Assembly (NCBI RefSeq): GCF_009914755.1
Contig: NC_060930.1
DNA length: 64,000 nucleotides
DNA from: the human T2T-CHM13v2.0 reference genome, Homo sapiens
Strand: one strand, 5' to 3'
Below the pieces are notes generated by a model that saw only the letters and a list, made by a program, of their open reading frames with translations, made no database searches and was not told the origin of the DNA. The position numbers were made by a program, and so were the translations under genes. Positions 32,345 to 49,484 of this stretch are shown here, in pieces. The stretch's first letter is position 1. The number at the start of each line of letters is the position of its first letter.

Positions 32345-32768
32345 TGTTTCACAGTGGGCAGGTCTACATAGACCCACCTCAAAGTCCGAGGAAGCTGAGA
32401 GACCGAAGAAAGTGGCTGACAAGTCCAGTTTCTTAGGAAGTGAAATATTTAATAGGGATTTATGAACAGAAGCCATGTCTGTGTCTTGGGCGGTGGTGAG
32501 ACAAGATGGTGGATCCCCACGACATTACCGTCAGTTCCAGGGCCTATATACTATGGGGAAGAGGTGGTTCAGAAGGGATGTATGGGACAATTGAAGTATG
32601 ATAACATCAAGGTTGTTTGACCTAAGGGTGGGGTTTTCGGTAAGTACCTGCTCTTACACAAGGAACAATAGATCAGCTGGAAATTTTAGAGGCCTTCCCA
32701 GAACTGGGGTTAATCAGAAGCCAACATGGCGGATTCACATCCAAGATGGAGCTGATTCAGCCTCCACA
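32345..32768 (-). mobile_element. LTR47A-like ERVL solo LTR
   Basis: Minus strand starts tgtggaggctgaatcagctccatcttggatg and ends ...tgaaaca; TATATA and ATTAAA present. Confidence 0.7.
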
Positions 32769-32981
32769 ACTGGGGCTAAGTATAGCGAGCAGGGAGATGG
32801 TCAAAGGGGTTGAAAGCACAGGATTCCTACATCCCATACCCAAGATCCAAACACTATAGCTTACTTTTAAAAGTCTGTTTTTCTAAATCGATGATTTTAA
32901 TTACAAAAGATAACTTTAAACATGTCTATACATACTTCAAATAAACCAAAAGAGGTTTTCAGAGTAAAAATAGAATGTCTA

Positions 32982-33133
32982 GGCCAGGTGTGGTGGCTCA
33001 CACCAGTAATCTCAACACTCTGAGAGGCTGAGGTGGGAGGATCGCACTAGGCCAGGAGTTCGAGGCTGCAGTGAGCTAGGATCCACTGCACCCCAGCCTG
33101 TGTGACATAGGGCGACACTGTAAAAAAAAAAAA
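32982..33133 (+). mobile_element. Alu monomer (FRAM-like)
   Basis: Single arm with A tail. Confidence 0.8.
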
Positions 33134-35170
33134 AGTCTGCTTTCACCTCACTGTCAATCCTCCTCCCCTTCTCAGAGGTAAACCCCACTAACTGCTAGGT
33201 AGGTTTCCCAGATTTTCTTCTATGTGTGGTGGAATACTATTTTGGTATCTTAATCACTGTGATTTTGTCTTCAATATTTTTTGGTTTTGTTATTCATGTT
33301 TTTTAAAAAATTATTGTTGTTTATGTTGAACTCTTTTCATCATACTCCCCACTACATACACACAAGGTGAAAGCAGGGCCATGAAGTGGGGTCATTGCAG
33401 GCATCAAGATGACTCATGGCCAAGGCTTTCAATTCCAAAGACCTGAGCTTTGGAAGAAATAAAAGTATTTTCAGTTCCCAAATCTTAGTATTATGTATCA
33501 ACATCAAAGCCCTGTTATATCTGAGGCTAAAAGCTTGTAGCATGAACAGTAGTTTGGAAATAGAATGAGTGAAGACTCCAACATCCTTGTCTCAGAGACT
33601 AGATAAAGAGTGGAGTGATAGACGGAACAGACCATGACAAAGGGGGCTATGTGGCTCAGGATGAGGGGCAGGACTGGAAGCAAGCAGAGCAACAGGAGAG
33701 GAGACCACACTTTCCTCCCCTGGAGCACCAGAGAGCCAGCAGCAGCCTAGGCAATGTCCACAGAGAGCCCAGCAGCCATTCGACCAAGTAGACCCAAGAA
33801 ACACTTTAGCTTTTCTGGTTGCCCTGTGGTGAGGACTTCCTTTAAATAGCAGCTAGCTGGACAGCCATCAGATATCCAGCAGATATGATATCTGTTTATG
33901 CTTAGGTCATTTATAGGCCTCCAACATGGAAACGAAGCCAGGATACATGAAAAGGTAGTGGTGTGGGAAAGCAAGCCCCAGCATCCTCACTGGGTAGATT
34001 GGAGAAAGCCAGCTTGAGACCTCTCCACAGCCTGGACAGGAAAGCCCACAACTGACCCTACACTCATACACAGGTGCAGATAATTTTTTAACACCCATTG
34101 GATCATACTACATAGACTGTTCCATAATGTAATAGTTCTGACTTTCAGCACCTACAACAGAGAGGATGAAGTAACTACTCAATAAATATTTGTTGATGAA
34201 ATGAATGGTAAATGGGTGACCTTTCCATGTCAGAAATACAGACTTCCACTATTCTTTTTGTTGGCTCCATGGTATTCTATCGTATGACACAATCTATTGA
34301 AGTATTTCCCTACTAATGGACATTACAGCAAGTGCATTTCTGTAGATTAGATACAAAGTTCAGGTATAGCCAAGTTATACAGACATTTTGATAGATACTG
34401 CCAAATTCCCCTCCAAAGTTCATGTGGCAATTCATGCTTTTAGCAAAGGTAAATGATAATTATAGCTAATGGACTGAGAGTTTATTGTACCCAAGATACC
34501 TTCCCAAATGTTTTGCATGGATTTGTTTATTCCTTAAAATAGATTTTAAGATAGGTATTTTGGTCTCCGTTTTACATATTTAGAAACAGAAGCTTGGAGA
34601 AGTCAAATAACTTCACCAAATCCATGGATTAGTTATTTGGAGTCTAGACCATGTCCTTAATCATATGCTTCTCTAAGAGAATGTATATATTACCCTAAAC
34701 CTCCACCAACAATAGGGATTTATGCATTTTTTGGTCAATCTCTCGAGATAATGCAAATGAACATACTATATGAGCTCTAATGTGGATATAAAGGTTAAAA
34801 TTATTAGAAAGTTGACTCCAACTGGCCACTTCTCTAATAGACCTAATCATTTATCTTTTGGTGGCTAAACAAATGGTTCTAATGTTTTTGCTGATGGTGT
34901 AAGATAATTACTCAGGGATCTGAGTTGCCAACAGTAAAATCACAGAATCTAGCTAGTTTCAACAGAAATAGATTTTATCATTTCTATCTAAGCTCATAGA
35001 GTTTCCAAGAGGAACAGAACCAAGTTTGGTGGCCACACAGCCAGCCACAGTGTCAACAGGAGAAATACCCAACCACACAGGAGCCTGTCTAAAACCAAGG
35101 AAACCTCTCAGCTATTGCCAAGACCACTGGACAGTGGACAGTTGTGCCACCATCACAGCTACCCTGAAAA

Positions 35171-35466
35171 TTTTTCTTTTTTTGGGGGTGGGGGATGGAG
35201 TCTCGCTCTGTCGCCCAGGCTGGAGTGCAGTGGCGTGATCTCAGCTCACTGCAAGCTCCACCTCCTGGGTTCACACCATTCTCCTGCCTCAGCCTCCCGG
35301 AGTAGCTGGGACTACAGGCGCCCACCACTGCGCCCAGCTAATTTTTTTTTTTGTATTTTTAGTAGAGACGGGGTTTCACCGTGGTCTCGATCTCCTGACT
35401 TCGTGATCCACCTGCCTCGGCCTCCCAAAGTGCTGGGATTACAGGTGTAAGCCACCGCACCCAGCC
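35171..35466 (-). mobile_element. AluY lineage, Yd-type 12-nt deletion
   Basis: gcaagctcc and acaccattctc Y-type diagnostics; gtttcaccgtggtctcgatctc. Confidence 0.85.
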
Positions 35467-36413
35467 GAAAAATTACATTATTAACTGCAGAATCCTACCT
35501 CCCCATGGGCTGCAACTTACGTTGTTCACTTCACCTTCCAAGTTTCTGGTGGAAGCTACTTGCAAAGGAGTCCAAGAATTGTTTTTAGCTTCTTAGCCTC
35601 TGAGATACACAGAAGGGTTTGGAGTGAGTTCTACGCAACCAGCAGATTCTGCTACAAATAAACATATACTTTTTCTCACTAAGAAGTCAATAAAATATTG
35701 ACCTCTGTGAGTGCAAAAAAATGCAATCCATAAACATCTTTGTTTGTCCTGAATTGGCTAGCCTTCTTGCAATTTGTCCTAACGTGTAGGGCAAGACTGA
35801 GCTACAAGTGAGAATTGAGTGGTTTCAGCTGTAAGGAGAACAAAATCTAGAACTGAAAACCAGTAAAGATTTAATGTTCCCAAACCAAGATAGCTGATCA
35901 CCTGTGAATAAAACTATAATAGGGGAGTATATCAATGTATTCATTATCCATCCAGCATTGACCTCCCTGCTCCTGAGAAGTGCATCCCCAACCACTTCCC
36001 TCTACATGATTACTATAGGATCTGCCTTACACGTTTATGCTCTTCATAATTCATGCATGATTACATGTCCCTGCCAAACGTGATCCCACTGATCTAGGAG
36101 TGGGCATCTGACCCAAGCTAAGCCAATGAGTGCCTTCTCTGGTAACTTTGAATTTGGGACTCTGTAGAAAGACCCATAAGATACAAAACTATAGACTGGT
36201 AGCACTGTTACTTGCCATTTGGGGGAAGTCAGTCTGCAGTCCAAGAGAAATAACACCAGCCCAGATGAGGGAAGCCCAGGTCAGAGACAGAGTGTTCCAG
36301 TAGTGTTTGAGCTCTGCTTCAAGTAGTCCCTGAGACACAGCTGCATTCAGCCTTCTCACAACTTACCCTACCTGATGGAGTCTAAGAAGCTATCCATTAA
36401 AAGATGCACCATT

Positions 36414-36990
<577 letters not shown>

Positions 36991-38729
36991 GATGCAGTAT
37001 TACATTATGTATGTGTTTTAAAATACACTTGCAATTAAACTATAGACTCATTCTATTTCTGATATTGAAAAGAAGTGTAATGCAAATTTTAAAATCAATG
37101 AAATAGTGTAGTTATTCAACTCCTCCTTGAGCCTAAGCAAATTCAAGTTGGCTTGCTGCGTTGTACAATCACAAGAATAGCTAATATATTATGGACTTAC
37201 ATATGTGAATATGGTGCAGAGAAAAGATCCAACCTGGGAATAGGATAATGTGAAAAAGACACAGCAGTAAGTACTTCTTAAGGGAAAAATTATTTCATGG
37301 AAGAATTATAAAGAGCGTAAATTATCCTGAAAGTAATTGTGACTGTCAGTGTCCTCATTTGCTCCAGTATTAACTCAGAAGCACTCTAGTGGCCCATCAT
37401 GAGGTGAAGAAATAATGACAGTACGATAGTTTCAAGCAAGCCAATTAAGACATTTTCCTATAATTATCAAGCATAAACACAATTTTGAATATTGGTTAGT
37501 TTACATGAGCATCTTCTCAAAAGTAGGAAAGTCCTCAGAATTCTCCATCCCTAATATAATTAAATCGTGGCATAACAATTAGTGATGAAAGAGTGATTCA
37601 AGCTAAAGGAAGCTTTGAAATACGCCAAATACGCAAACTTTTCTTTGGTAACGAAACCATTTGGAAACTAAGATTTACTTTTGTCAGTGCAGGTAAAGGG
37701 CCGTATCTGAAAGGCTGCAGACAGTTCCGAGCTGTCAAAGATGGTGCTGCCACCAAAAAGAATGTAGGTAGCAAAAGGAGAATTCATTTTTACAGGTACA
37801 ACTGTCCTGCAGCCCACTTTTACTTTAAATTTGGCTTGTGGTCCTGCTTCTGCTGTAATGTGAGCTGTGAACTCACACAGCCTGCCAGATGGCAGTGGGA
37901 AGCCCATTAGTTATGCATCACACATCCTGATCAAAACTGAAAGAAATTATACTCAGATTGAGGAGAGATGCTCGACAGTGAGGCAATGATTAGAATTTTC
38001 TGTATTTCTACAGAAAATTTCACATAATCATTGTCCATAAATAAACTCATTCTTATGATCTACAGACCCAAATCTGGAATAAGTTCCAGAGGAAATCCTC
38101 TCATGGTTTGGGTCATAACATGCACATTCCTGTGGTATTCAGTAAAGAATGCCATAGAGCTGATGCCCTTGCAAGGTTATCTAGAAAAGTCTGAGAACCA
38201 GAGTGTAAGCTAATACATTAAATGTCGTGCCTTTCAGAGGAGGTGCGTTCTTTAATGGGTACTGGGAAGGAAATAGAGGAATTCAGTTACAAGGGAAGCT
38301 TATTAGAATCTTTTCAAGAGAACCAGCTTGCTGAAAATAAATGGGAAATGCAGTATATAAATACTGCTGATGAGGAAGATTCTAAGCAGTACTTTGAGAG
38401 GGGCTGAGGGGCCCAAAGTGTATAAAATAACATTAACTGATTGTAAAGTTTATAATCTTTCAGATAAAACATAAGATTGCATTTGTTGCTCAACAAAATC
38501 ATGAGATGGTATTGTAATCATACATTACCAGCTTTCCACTCAATAGAAGACATTTATATAAGAGCTTGTTCTAATGTACTCTCCTGAGAGCAGAGCTTTA
38601 TTTTTGTTGCTTAAGGAGAACCAAACATTGTAAATATGTCTATGGAAGCCAGTCCCAGCTTTGCTTCAAATCATCTTTTGGACAGGAAGCAAATGAATAA
38701 ACATCCCTAGTTCTCAGTTTCCCCATCTA

Positions 38730-39176
<447 letters not shown>

Positions 39177-39440
39177 TCAGCCCTATCCCCAAATTTTCTG
39201 AGAAAGCTATATTAAGTCAACAGACATTCACAAGAACCTGTTATAACTCTAACAATCTTTATAATCCAAAATCAGCTCTGAGGGAAGCTTAGTGGACCAC
39301 AAACATGCAACTGTGGTACCAAAGATAGAGAAAATAGTGCTGGGGTCTAAGGTGAAGGTTGCCCTCCAGTTGTGAGGGAGACATATGAACACCCCCTGCC
39401 CTCCTGGAGCATCCAGTCTTGTGCTCAGTGGAGCCCTGGA

Positions 39441-39575
39441 GCTGTGGTTTCCAAGCCCGTCTCTGTATCTGAATCACCTTTGAAGCTTCCTAAGGACATA
39501 AACCCCTGGGTGCCTCTCCCCAGATCCAGTGAATTGGAGTTTCTGGAATGGGGAGGGTGTGGTTGGGAGCAGTGA
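39441..39575. mobile_element. MER5-like hAT relic
   Basis: gtggtttccaag...gaatcacct...cccagatccagtgaattggag. Confidence 0.5.
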
Positions 39576-40526
39576 TTGGATGAAGCCACTGGACTTCCCA
39601 TTTGGGCTTGCATCTGTGTAGCTTTGCCTTTATTAATGTTTAGCAAGATTCTATTTAATCAGGGATTCCCTATCTAAAACAAAACTAAAACTAAAACCCT
39701 TTGATTTTGAAAAACCATAGGTCTAATGGGTTTCCTCATAAACTGTACATTATTTCTGGAGTTTCTTTTATTCATTTATTAATTCAACAACCATTTATTG
39801 TGTGCCCGCTTTGGCACTAGGCCTCAGCAGTGAAAAGGACAGAAAAAGACTCAGTTCTTACAAAGCTATCATCAAGAGAAATAGAACATCCAGGCCCCCA
39901 GCTTTTTTTTTTTTTTTAGGTTTTATTCTTTAATTAAACCAGATGTTCTTCCAGTAATTCCATGCATTCCTTCTTACTCCTATCCCCTTGCTGCTACCCT
40001 TTCATCCTACAGAAATCCGTTTCTATTTATTTGCAAACACAGATTCTAACACTTGCTCATCTGAAGTGTATTAGTCCTTGCATATTTCTGCCATTGGTTC
40101 TGACCACACAGTGCAGTAAAACAAGCGTGTCTGTGTAACATGTGCTCGTTCCCTTGCTTTGATTTCTTCTGTTTTATATTCAATATGACATGTAGGAAAT
40201 GTGTATCTGAGCAGGATGTTTACACTTACATACCTCAGGCAGATATGATTTGATGAGTAACACAGACATAATCAATCAATTGACAAATATTTATGGAGAC
40301 ATTCCTGAAAATAGAAAACAATATCCTCATTCTCAGGAAGTGTATCAAACCTCTGGTGAGGAACAAATCCCTTCAGGAATCTGAGGAGAAGGAAGGTTTT
40401 CAAAGGTGACAGGCAAATTATCTCTTCTTGCAGTCCAAAGTCAAAATAATGACTGCCTCACAGGGAACAGCTTTCACATTAGGTTTTGTTTTTTTTTTCT
40501 GGTGCCATGCAAGAATGAGACTAGCG

Positions 40527-40829
40527 GGCCAGGTGCAGCAGCTCACGCCTGTAATCCCAGCACTTTGGGAGGCTGAGGCAGGAGGATCACCTGAAGTCAG
40601 GAGTTCGAGACCAGCCTGGCCAACATGAAGAAACCCCATCTCTACTGAAAAATACAAAAATAGCCAGGCATGGTGGCCACACCTGTAATTCCAGCTACTC
40701 GGGAGGCTGAGGCAGGGAGAATTGCTTGAACCTGGGAGGTGTAGGTTGCAGTGAGCTAAGATCATGCCACTGCACCTACAGCCTGGGTGACAGAGAGAAA
40801 CTCTTCTCTCAAAAAAAAAAAAAAAAAAA
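40527..40829 (+). mobile_element. AluS
   Basis: Full Alu; TSD agactag. Confidence 0.95.
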
Positions 40830-41347
40830 GACTAGTGGATAGCTAGCTAGAGGGATAGATAAGATTTTCACTGTTCCTCATGGCTATCTCACCAGCTTTG
40901 GGTAGGACAAAATAAGATCAACTCTAGATAAAATTAACTAATAGGAAAGATGGCACTCTGAGTGTCTTTTTCTCTTTGCTCCTCCTGCTCCCCTCTGAGC
41001 TGTGCCTTCACATCCTTATCACTTCATAAGCATCCACTCCCACCTTTCTGCTCCTAGAACTCTATGTGCCCTGACTCCTTACTAGGGTGCTAGGATGCAG
41101 CTTGCTACTCACCCCTCACCACCATTCATTAACAGGATGGATCCAGCTGCTTCATGGTTAGAGAAAATAGTGCTAGGTGGGTAGCCCTTCCTTCTTCCAT
41201 GCTCCAAAATGTTCCTCCTGAAGTTGGCTGGTCAGAGAAAGATGATGACCTTCCCAGATAGAGAAGGACCACTGTCCAAGTAAGAGGCCTACCAGTCTCT
41301 CCCACAACCCTCCAAGCTCTTTCTCTACCACCAAACTAAGCCTTTCC

Positions 41348-42362
<1,015 letters not shown>

Positions 42363-42913
42363 CTTCTATCCAGATTCTTTGACATTGCTGGTAAATTTAG
42401 CAGATTAGGTAAATTATTCCTTGCTAAGAGGCCAAGAAGAAAAGAGCCCTGGAGAATCTACACACTCACCTTCTACCTTTCTCAGGTGTCATCTGGGAAT
42501 TATTCCAACCTCTAAAGACAAGGTCCTGACCTTTATTCTCTAGTCCAAATAAATGACTAAGGTAAGCAATTTTAGGCCAGGTAGGAAGGGTGGGAGATAT
42601 ATTAGAACAGGAGGATCTTCACCTTATACTGCTACAAATAGGTCATCCTCAACACCGGACCAGTTCAGAAGAGAAAAATCAATGGCCTTCTTTGCAAGCC
42701 ATCTTCTGCAAGAAGGGAAAAACATTAATATATACTTCAGGTTGCATTTATGTATGCTTTGTAAATTTTCTGCCATAGTTTTCATTGAAAAGGCTTTCCT
42801 ACAACCATAATGTATAGGTATTTCTCTATACTTTTCTAATAAAATGACCTTAGAATTTAAGAAAATTTTATAATAAAGGGTTGGGAAAAGTAACTTTAGA
42901 GAGTAAATATTGA

Positions 42914-43267
<354 letters not shown>

Positions 43268-43476
43268 TGAACTCTTAAACCATTAGGGAGTAACTGAAAG
43301 TTACAAATCAAAATATTCCTGGATTTTTATAGGAGTCTTTTGGGTTGTTTTAAGCAACTTAAGATATAAACAGAAAATGTTATTCTGAACAAAAGAATAT
43401 GATTTTCCATGGATAAGTTGTTAGCAAAGACATTTACCTTTGTTGTGTAGGATTTACTAGAAAGGAATTTACCTGG

Positions 43477-43961
43477 TGTGTTAGTATCCTAAGGGTGCCA
43501 TCACAAAGTACCTAAAACTGAGTGGTTCAAAACAACAGTTTTACCATCTCATGGTTCTGGAGGCTAGAGTCTGAACCAAGGTGTTGGCAGAACCATGCTT
43601 CCTCTGAAAGCTGTAGGGGAATCCTTCCTTGCCTCTAGCAGTCTTTGGCATTTCTTGGCTTGCAGCTGCATCATGCCAATGTCTGCCTTCCTTATTAAAT
43701 GGTGATTTCTTTACATCTCTGTATCTTCATGTGGCTCTCTTCCTATAAAAACGCCAGTCATATTAAATTAGAGGCTGTCTTCTTATAAGGATGGCAGTCA
43801 TATTGGATTAGGGGTCCACCTTATTCCAAAATGACCTCATTTAACTTAACTAATTGCATTTGCAATGACCCTATTTCCAAATAAGGTCACATTCTGAGGT
43901 ACTAGGAGTTAGGACTCTAACATATCTTCAGTGGGGACGGGGCAAAATGCAACCCATAACA
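43477..43961 (-). mobile_element. MLT1B/C-like solo LTR
   Basis: ggttctggaggctag; cctatttccaaataaggtcacattctgaggtact; TSD cctgg/tctgg. Confidence 0.8.
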
Positions 43962-44147
43962 TCTGGGATCTGTAGTTGTATTTGAGAATGACTTGAAAAC
44001 TAGATCTTGCTCTCTGGAAAGGCTGGGTACTGATTCTAAACCAGTGTTCCATTTTCAGAGCTGTGTCATCTGTAGGCCACTGGACACCCATTTCGGTGGT
44101 ATAAGCTGTGGAAGGAGCATTGAATCAAGAGTATGAGTTGAAAACTG

Positions 44148-44608
<461 letters not shown>

Positions 44609-44705
44609 TTACAGAAATAGAAACACTTACATGTTATGGAGGGTAAAAACACCTAGCCTCATTGCTTATTTTGAAAATTTTTTTTTAATTTCTTACAAAC
44701 AATAA

Positions 44706-45020
<315 letters not shown>

Positions 45021-45321
45021 TTATTACTTTTAAAATTAAAATATTTTCATGAATAAAGCATGAGGCTTTATCATCTGTAAAGCACTCACAAATTAAAATA
45101 TCAATAGATTTAATAAATCAGATCGAATATCTTAAAAGTGTTACTATTCCTTTCAAAGTACCTACCATTCATCTTAGATTTTACTTGTGCAAATAAATGG
45201 CATTTGAGGCCCTTGTCCACAACACGTTCACAGATCCATAGTCTACCTCTTTCTTTTTCTTTCTCTAGCCCTTCACCTTTTTTGTTTGTTCTTCTTCTAC
45301 TTTTCCTTCTGTTTTTCTGTT

Positions 45322-45627
<306 letters not shown>

Positions 45628-45779
45628 TAGGGCTTCTTTTCCACCCAAGACCATTCCTAAGAGCACACAGGATAAAAAGAGGTTGCTGACCACTATCACA
45701 GACTAGATAGCAGGCAGCCCACCCTCTAGTGCCCCATGTTACACTTATCCATGACATTTATTTGATTTCAAAGTAGCTG

Positions 45780-46214
45780 CAGTGGAGAGTTCTGTGCACC
45801 CTGATGGTCTTGCATCTCAGGCAACAGCCTGACATCTCTCCATGCTTCTGCCTGGAGTTTCCTTCAAAGCTGAGGAAGCCTACTCAGCTGTTGCACCAGC
45901 AACCCCAAGTTTTTGAGGAATTAATGACCCAAGTGTTAACTCTCAACTAACAAGGGATCATCAGTGTCACCAGATGAATGCCCCAGTTTCCCTTCTCCTG
46001 GAGGGACAATTCTGAGACATTCTACCCAGGGTGTCCCCAGCAGAAGTGAGCCCCAGTTGCCCTTAGTAGTCATTAACTCATTAACAGACCCTCTTTATGG
46101 ACTTTTCCTCTTTCACGCTTACTATTACCTCACCCCTGCTTTCAGATGTCATCTCCCCAAAATTCCACCTGCACCCAAGTATTTACCTCAGCCTCTTGAA
46201 CTCAACCTGTGACA
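45780..46214 (+). mobile_element. LTR16-like ERVL LTR
   Basis: gagggacaattctgag; gagccccagttgccc; cctgcacccaagt. Confidence 0.55.
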
Positions 46215-46966
46215 ACATCTAACAGACTTGAGCTCCATAAGCTTTTAGATATGAACCATTCTGTTTGAAATAATGGTAACCCAATATGTACTAGCTTAAG
46301 CAAAAAGGGGGCACTTATTGACTCACATAACTGAAAAGTACAGGATGTGGGGGCTCTAATTATCTTATTAACACTTAGATTCTCTTCCCTCTCTCATTCA
46401 CATTTTCCCCTGTTGGCTTCATTCTCAGGCTTTCTACCTCCAAGTGGTAGCCCTAGATGATTTAGGCTCGTATCCTCCCAGCTTCAGAGACAGCAGAAAG
46501 AAAGAGTTCCTCTTTTCTATTAAATACAGAAAACAAATCTGTACTTGAGTTTCATTGGCTTGGTTTAGTCTGCATGCCTACCTTTGACATTAGGTTCTAC
46601 CTCTATGCATGCACATATGTATGTATGTATGTATTTAGGTGCCATGAGAGAACAGGAATAGTAAATACTTGGAGGAATAAACCTTTCACTTTTCCTGGTG
46701 AATATCTCACCAGCTTTGGGCAGGATGAAACTCAGATCAACTCTAGGCAAAACCAAAATAAGGGGAAAGATGACCCTCTGAGTCTTCAATGATTAAAACC
46801 GAAAGACTAGAAGAGATTAGCCAGGCCTAGTCTCTTAGGCCTAGATCACATTCACACTTTTACAGAAGAGAAAGTGGGGATCAGTTTCAACTAAATCACA
46901 TGGGCTAGAGATGGTCCCTAGCAGTGGAGAGCAGAGGATGTGCTCACAAAAGCAGCAGCCGCTTAT

Positions 46967-46968
<2 letters not shown>

Positions 46969-47007
<39 letters not shown>

Positions 47008-47080
47008 TATCACACACACACACACACGAGTATCACACACACACACGAGTATCACACACACACACACGAGTATCACACAC
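46969..47080. repeat. (CA)n interrupted four times by CGAGTAT
   Basis: Directly visible. Confidence 0.95.
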
Positions 47081-47180
47081 ATATAAATCCACGTATGTCT
47101 ATTTATCCAACAAACATTTACTAAGCCTGTCCTATGCACTAAGCACAAAAAGACAAATTGACTACAGAAAGGAAAATTTA

Positions 47181-47491
47181 GGCTGGGTGTGGTGGTTCAC
47201 ACCTGTAATCCCAGCACCTTGGGAGGCCGAGGCGGGCAGATCACTTGAGGCCAGGAGTTCGAGACCAGCCTGGGCAACATGGTGAAACCCTGTCTCTACT
47301 AAAAATACAAAAATTACACAGGCATGGTGGCGCTCACCTGTAATCCCAGATACTTGAGAGGCTAAGGCATGAGAATCACTCGAACCAGGGAGGCGGAGGT
47401 AGCAGTGAGCCAAGAATTGCACCACTGCACTCCAGCCTGGGTGACAGAGACTCCATCTCAAAAAAAAAAAAGAAAGAAAGAAAAGAAAAAA
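47181..47491 (+). mobile_element. AluS
   Basis: Full Alu with A tail. Confidence 0.94.
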
Positions 47492-47657
47492 ATGTACTCC
47501 CAAGATGTTCACAGTTAGTGAAAGAAAGAAAAATAGAAAACAGGAAGAAATCAATAGACGATCACTTTAATTCACACATTACGGAAAAGGAGATGACACA
47601 TCTGTGTCAGGCTGGGTTTTCTGGCATAATTCACTGTGATGTCTCACCTAGATACAT

Positions 47658-48005
47658 CAAGAGTTGGCAAACTCTTTCCGTAAAGGGTGAGAGTAGATAG
47701 CTTCAACTTTGTGGGTCAAACTGTCTCTGTTGCAAGTATTCAGCTCTATCCATGTAGCTTGAAAGCAGCCTCAGACAATAGGTAAACAAATATGTCTGGC
47801 TGTGTTCCAATAAAACTCTATTAATATTAATAGAAACCAAAATTAGAATTTCATTTAAGTTTTCACCTGTCGTGGCATATTCTTTTAATTTTTTTTCAAC
47901 CATTCAAAAGCCCAAAAAGTATAAGTGCCATTCTTAGATTGCTGGCTATGCAAAAACAGACAGTGAGCCAGATTTGGCCCAGGGACCACAGTTTGTCCAT
48001 CCTTG
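47658..48005. mobile_element. MER58B-like (hAT-Charlie)
   Basis: gttggcaaact...taaagggtga; tggctgtgttccaataaaact; gatttggccc...gtttgtccatccttg. Confidence 0.78.
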
Positions 48006-48085
48006 ACCTAGGTTACTGCCAAAGTCCTGACCCCTCCAACACATTCTCCCTACTGTCGCTGAAGGAATCCTTCTTAGACCAAATC

Positions 48086-48370
48086 TTTTCCTTTTTCTTT
48101 TTTTGAGACAGAGTCTTGCTCTTGTCGCCAAGGCTGGAAGTGCAATGACACGATCTCTGCCTCCCGGGTTCAAGTGATTCTTCTGCCTCAGCTTCCCGAG
48201 TAGCTGGGATGACAGGTGCCTGCCACCATGCTCAGCTAATTTTTGTATTTTTAGTAGAGACGGGGTTTCACCATGTTGGCCAAGCTGGTCTCAAACTCCT
48301 GGCCTCGTGATCCGACTGCCTCAGCCTCCTAAAGTGCTGGGATTACAGGCGTGAGCCACCGTGCCCGGCC
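48086..48370 (-). mobile_element. AluS with a small internal deletion
   Basis: Antisense Alu. Confidence 0.92.
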
Positions 48371-49484
48371 TCTTAGATGAAATCTTATCGTGTCACATAC
48401 CTGTGTAAAATTTCATAATGATTTTTCAAAATGTCTTGATAATTGTTTACAAGGTTTTTTTAGGATGGCCTGCTGAACCGCTTTCATTTCCTCCACCAAG
48501 CCATGCATTCCATGTTCCCTGTTCTTATCCCATATTACCCAAATAATTCCTACTCTTTCTTCTACCATTACCTCCTCCAAGAAGCCTTCCTAGACTGTCC
48601 TCCAAGCTTGGGCTACGTATTCCTCTGCAGTGTCTTGATACCACTGTGTATTGCCTCACATCACAGTACTTATTATATGTTATAATATATAATTATATTA
48701 TTATTATAAATCCATATTTGCTAGCCAGTATCTTCAAGTTTGATGAGGGCACCCTTAAGTCTATCTGCTTCTTACTTATATCCACACTTTCTAAATCAGG
48801 GTCTTGCACAAAGTAGATGCTCAATAAACATTTACTGAATAAGTAAATAATATGGGGTGGGGAGGAATGACCTGAGGAGGTGTCACAGAGGAAGCATTCC
48901 CTCAGCAGGGTCGTAAACAATGAGTAGTAACTTGCCTTTGACCCGTGGGGTGGCAGGCATTTTCAGGTAGAGTGACAGCTACATCAGACATGGAAGTAGG
49001 AGAGCACATTGGAAGAGCTCCAGGTAGTTTGGTATTGGTATGGCTGGAGTGAATGTTGCCTATTGGAAAATGAAGTGAAATGAGGCTAGAGAGATAACAT
49101 GAGAAGTTGTAGGCTAATGTAAGGAACTGGGTTTTAATTTTTAAGGTAATGGGGAGCCTCAGAGAGATAAAATTGGTTGGATTTACATTTTAGAAAGTTT
49201 AGAAAGATCTCATTGCCCATGTTGATAGCCCAGCTCCAATTAAAGTATCTTAGACAAAGTAGACACGATCATTTTGGCAGTAGAGTTGACTGGAGTTTGA
49301 TGCCAACTTCACATTAGGAGATAAATCTGGAGTCTGCAGTAACTGTTCATATAAGAAATAAGGGACACATGAATTAAGAAAGTGTTCATGGAAGCATATT
49401 GGAAGTATGTATTTGAAACTCAGAAAAAATGGTCGAACTGGAGATACAGAATTAGAAAAAGCCTCAGCTTATAGATGTATGCAG

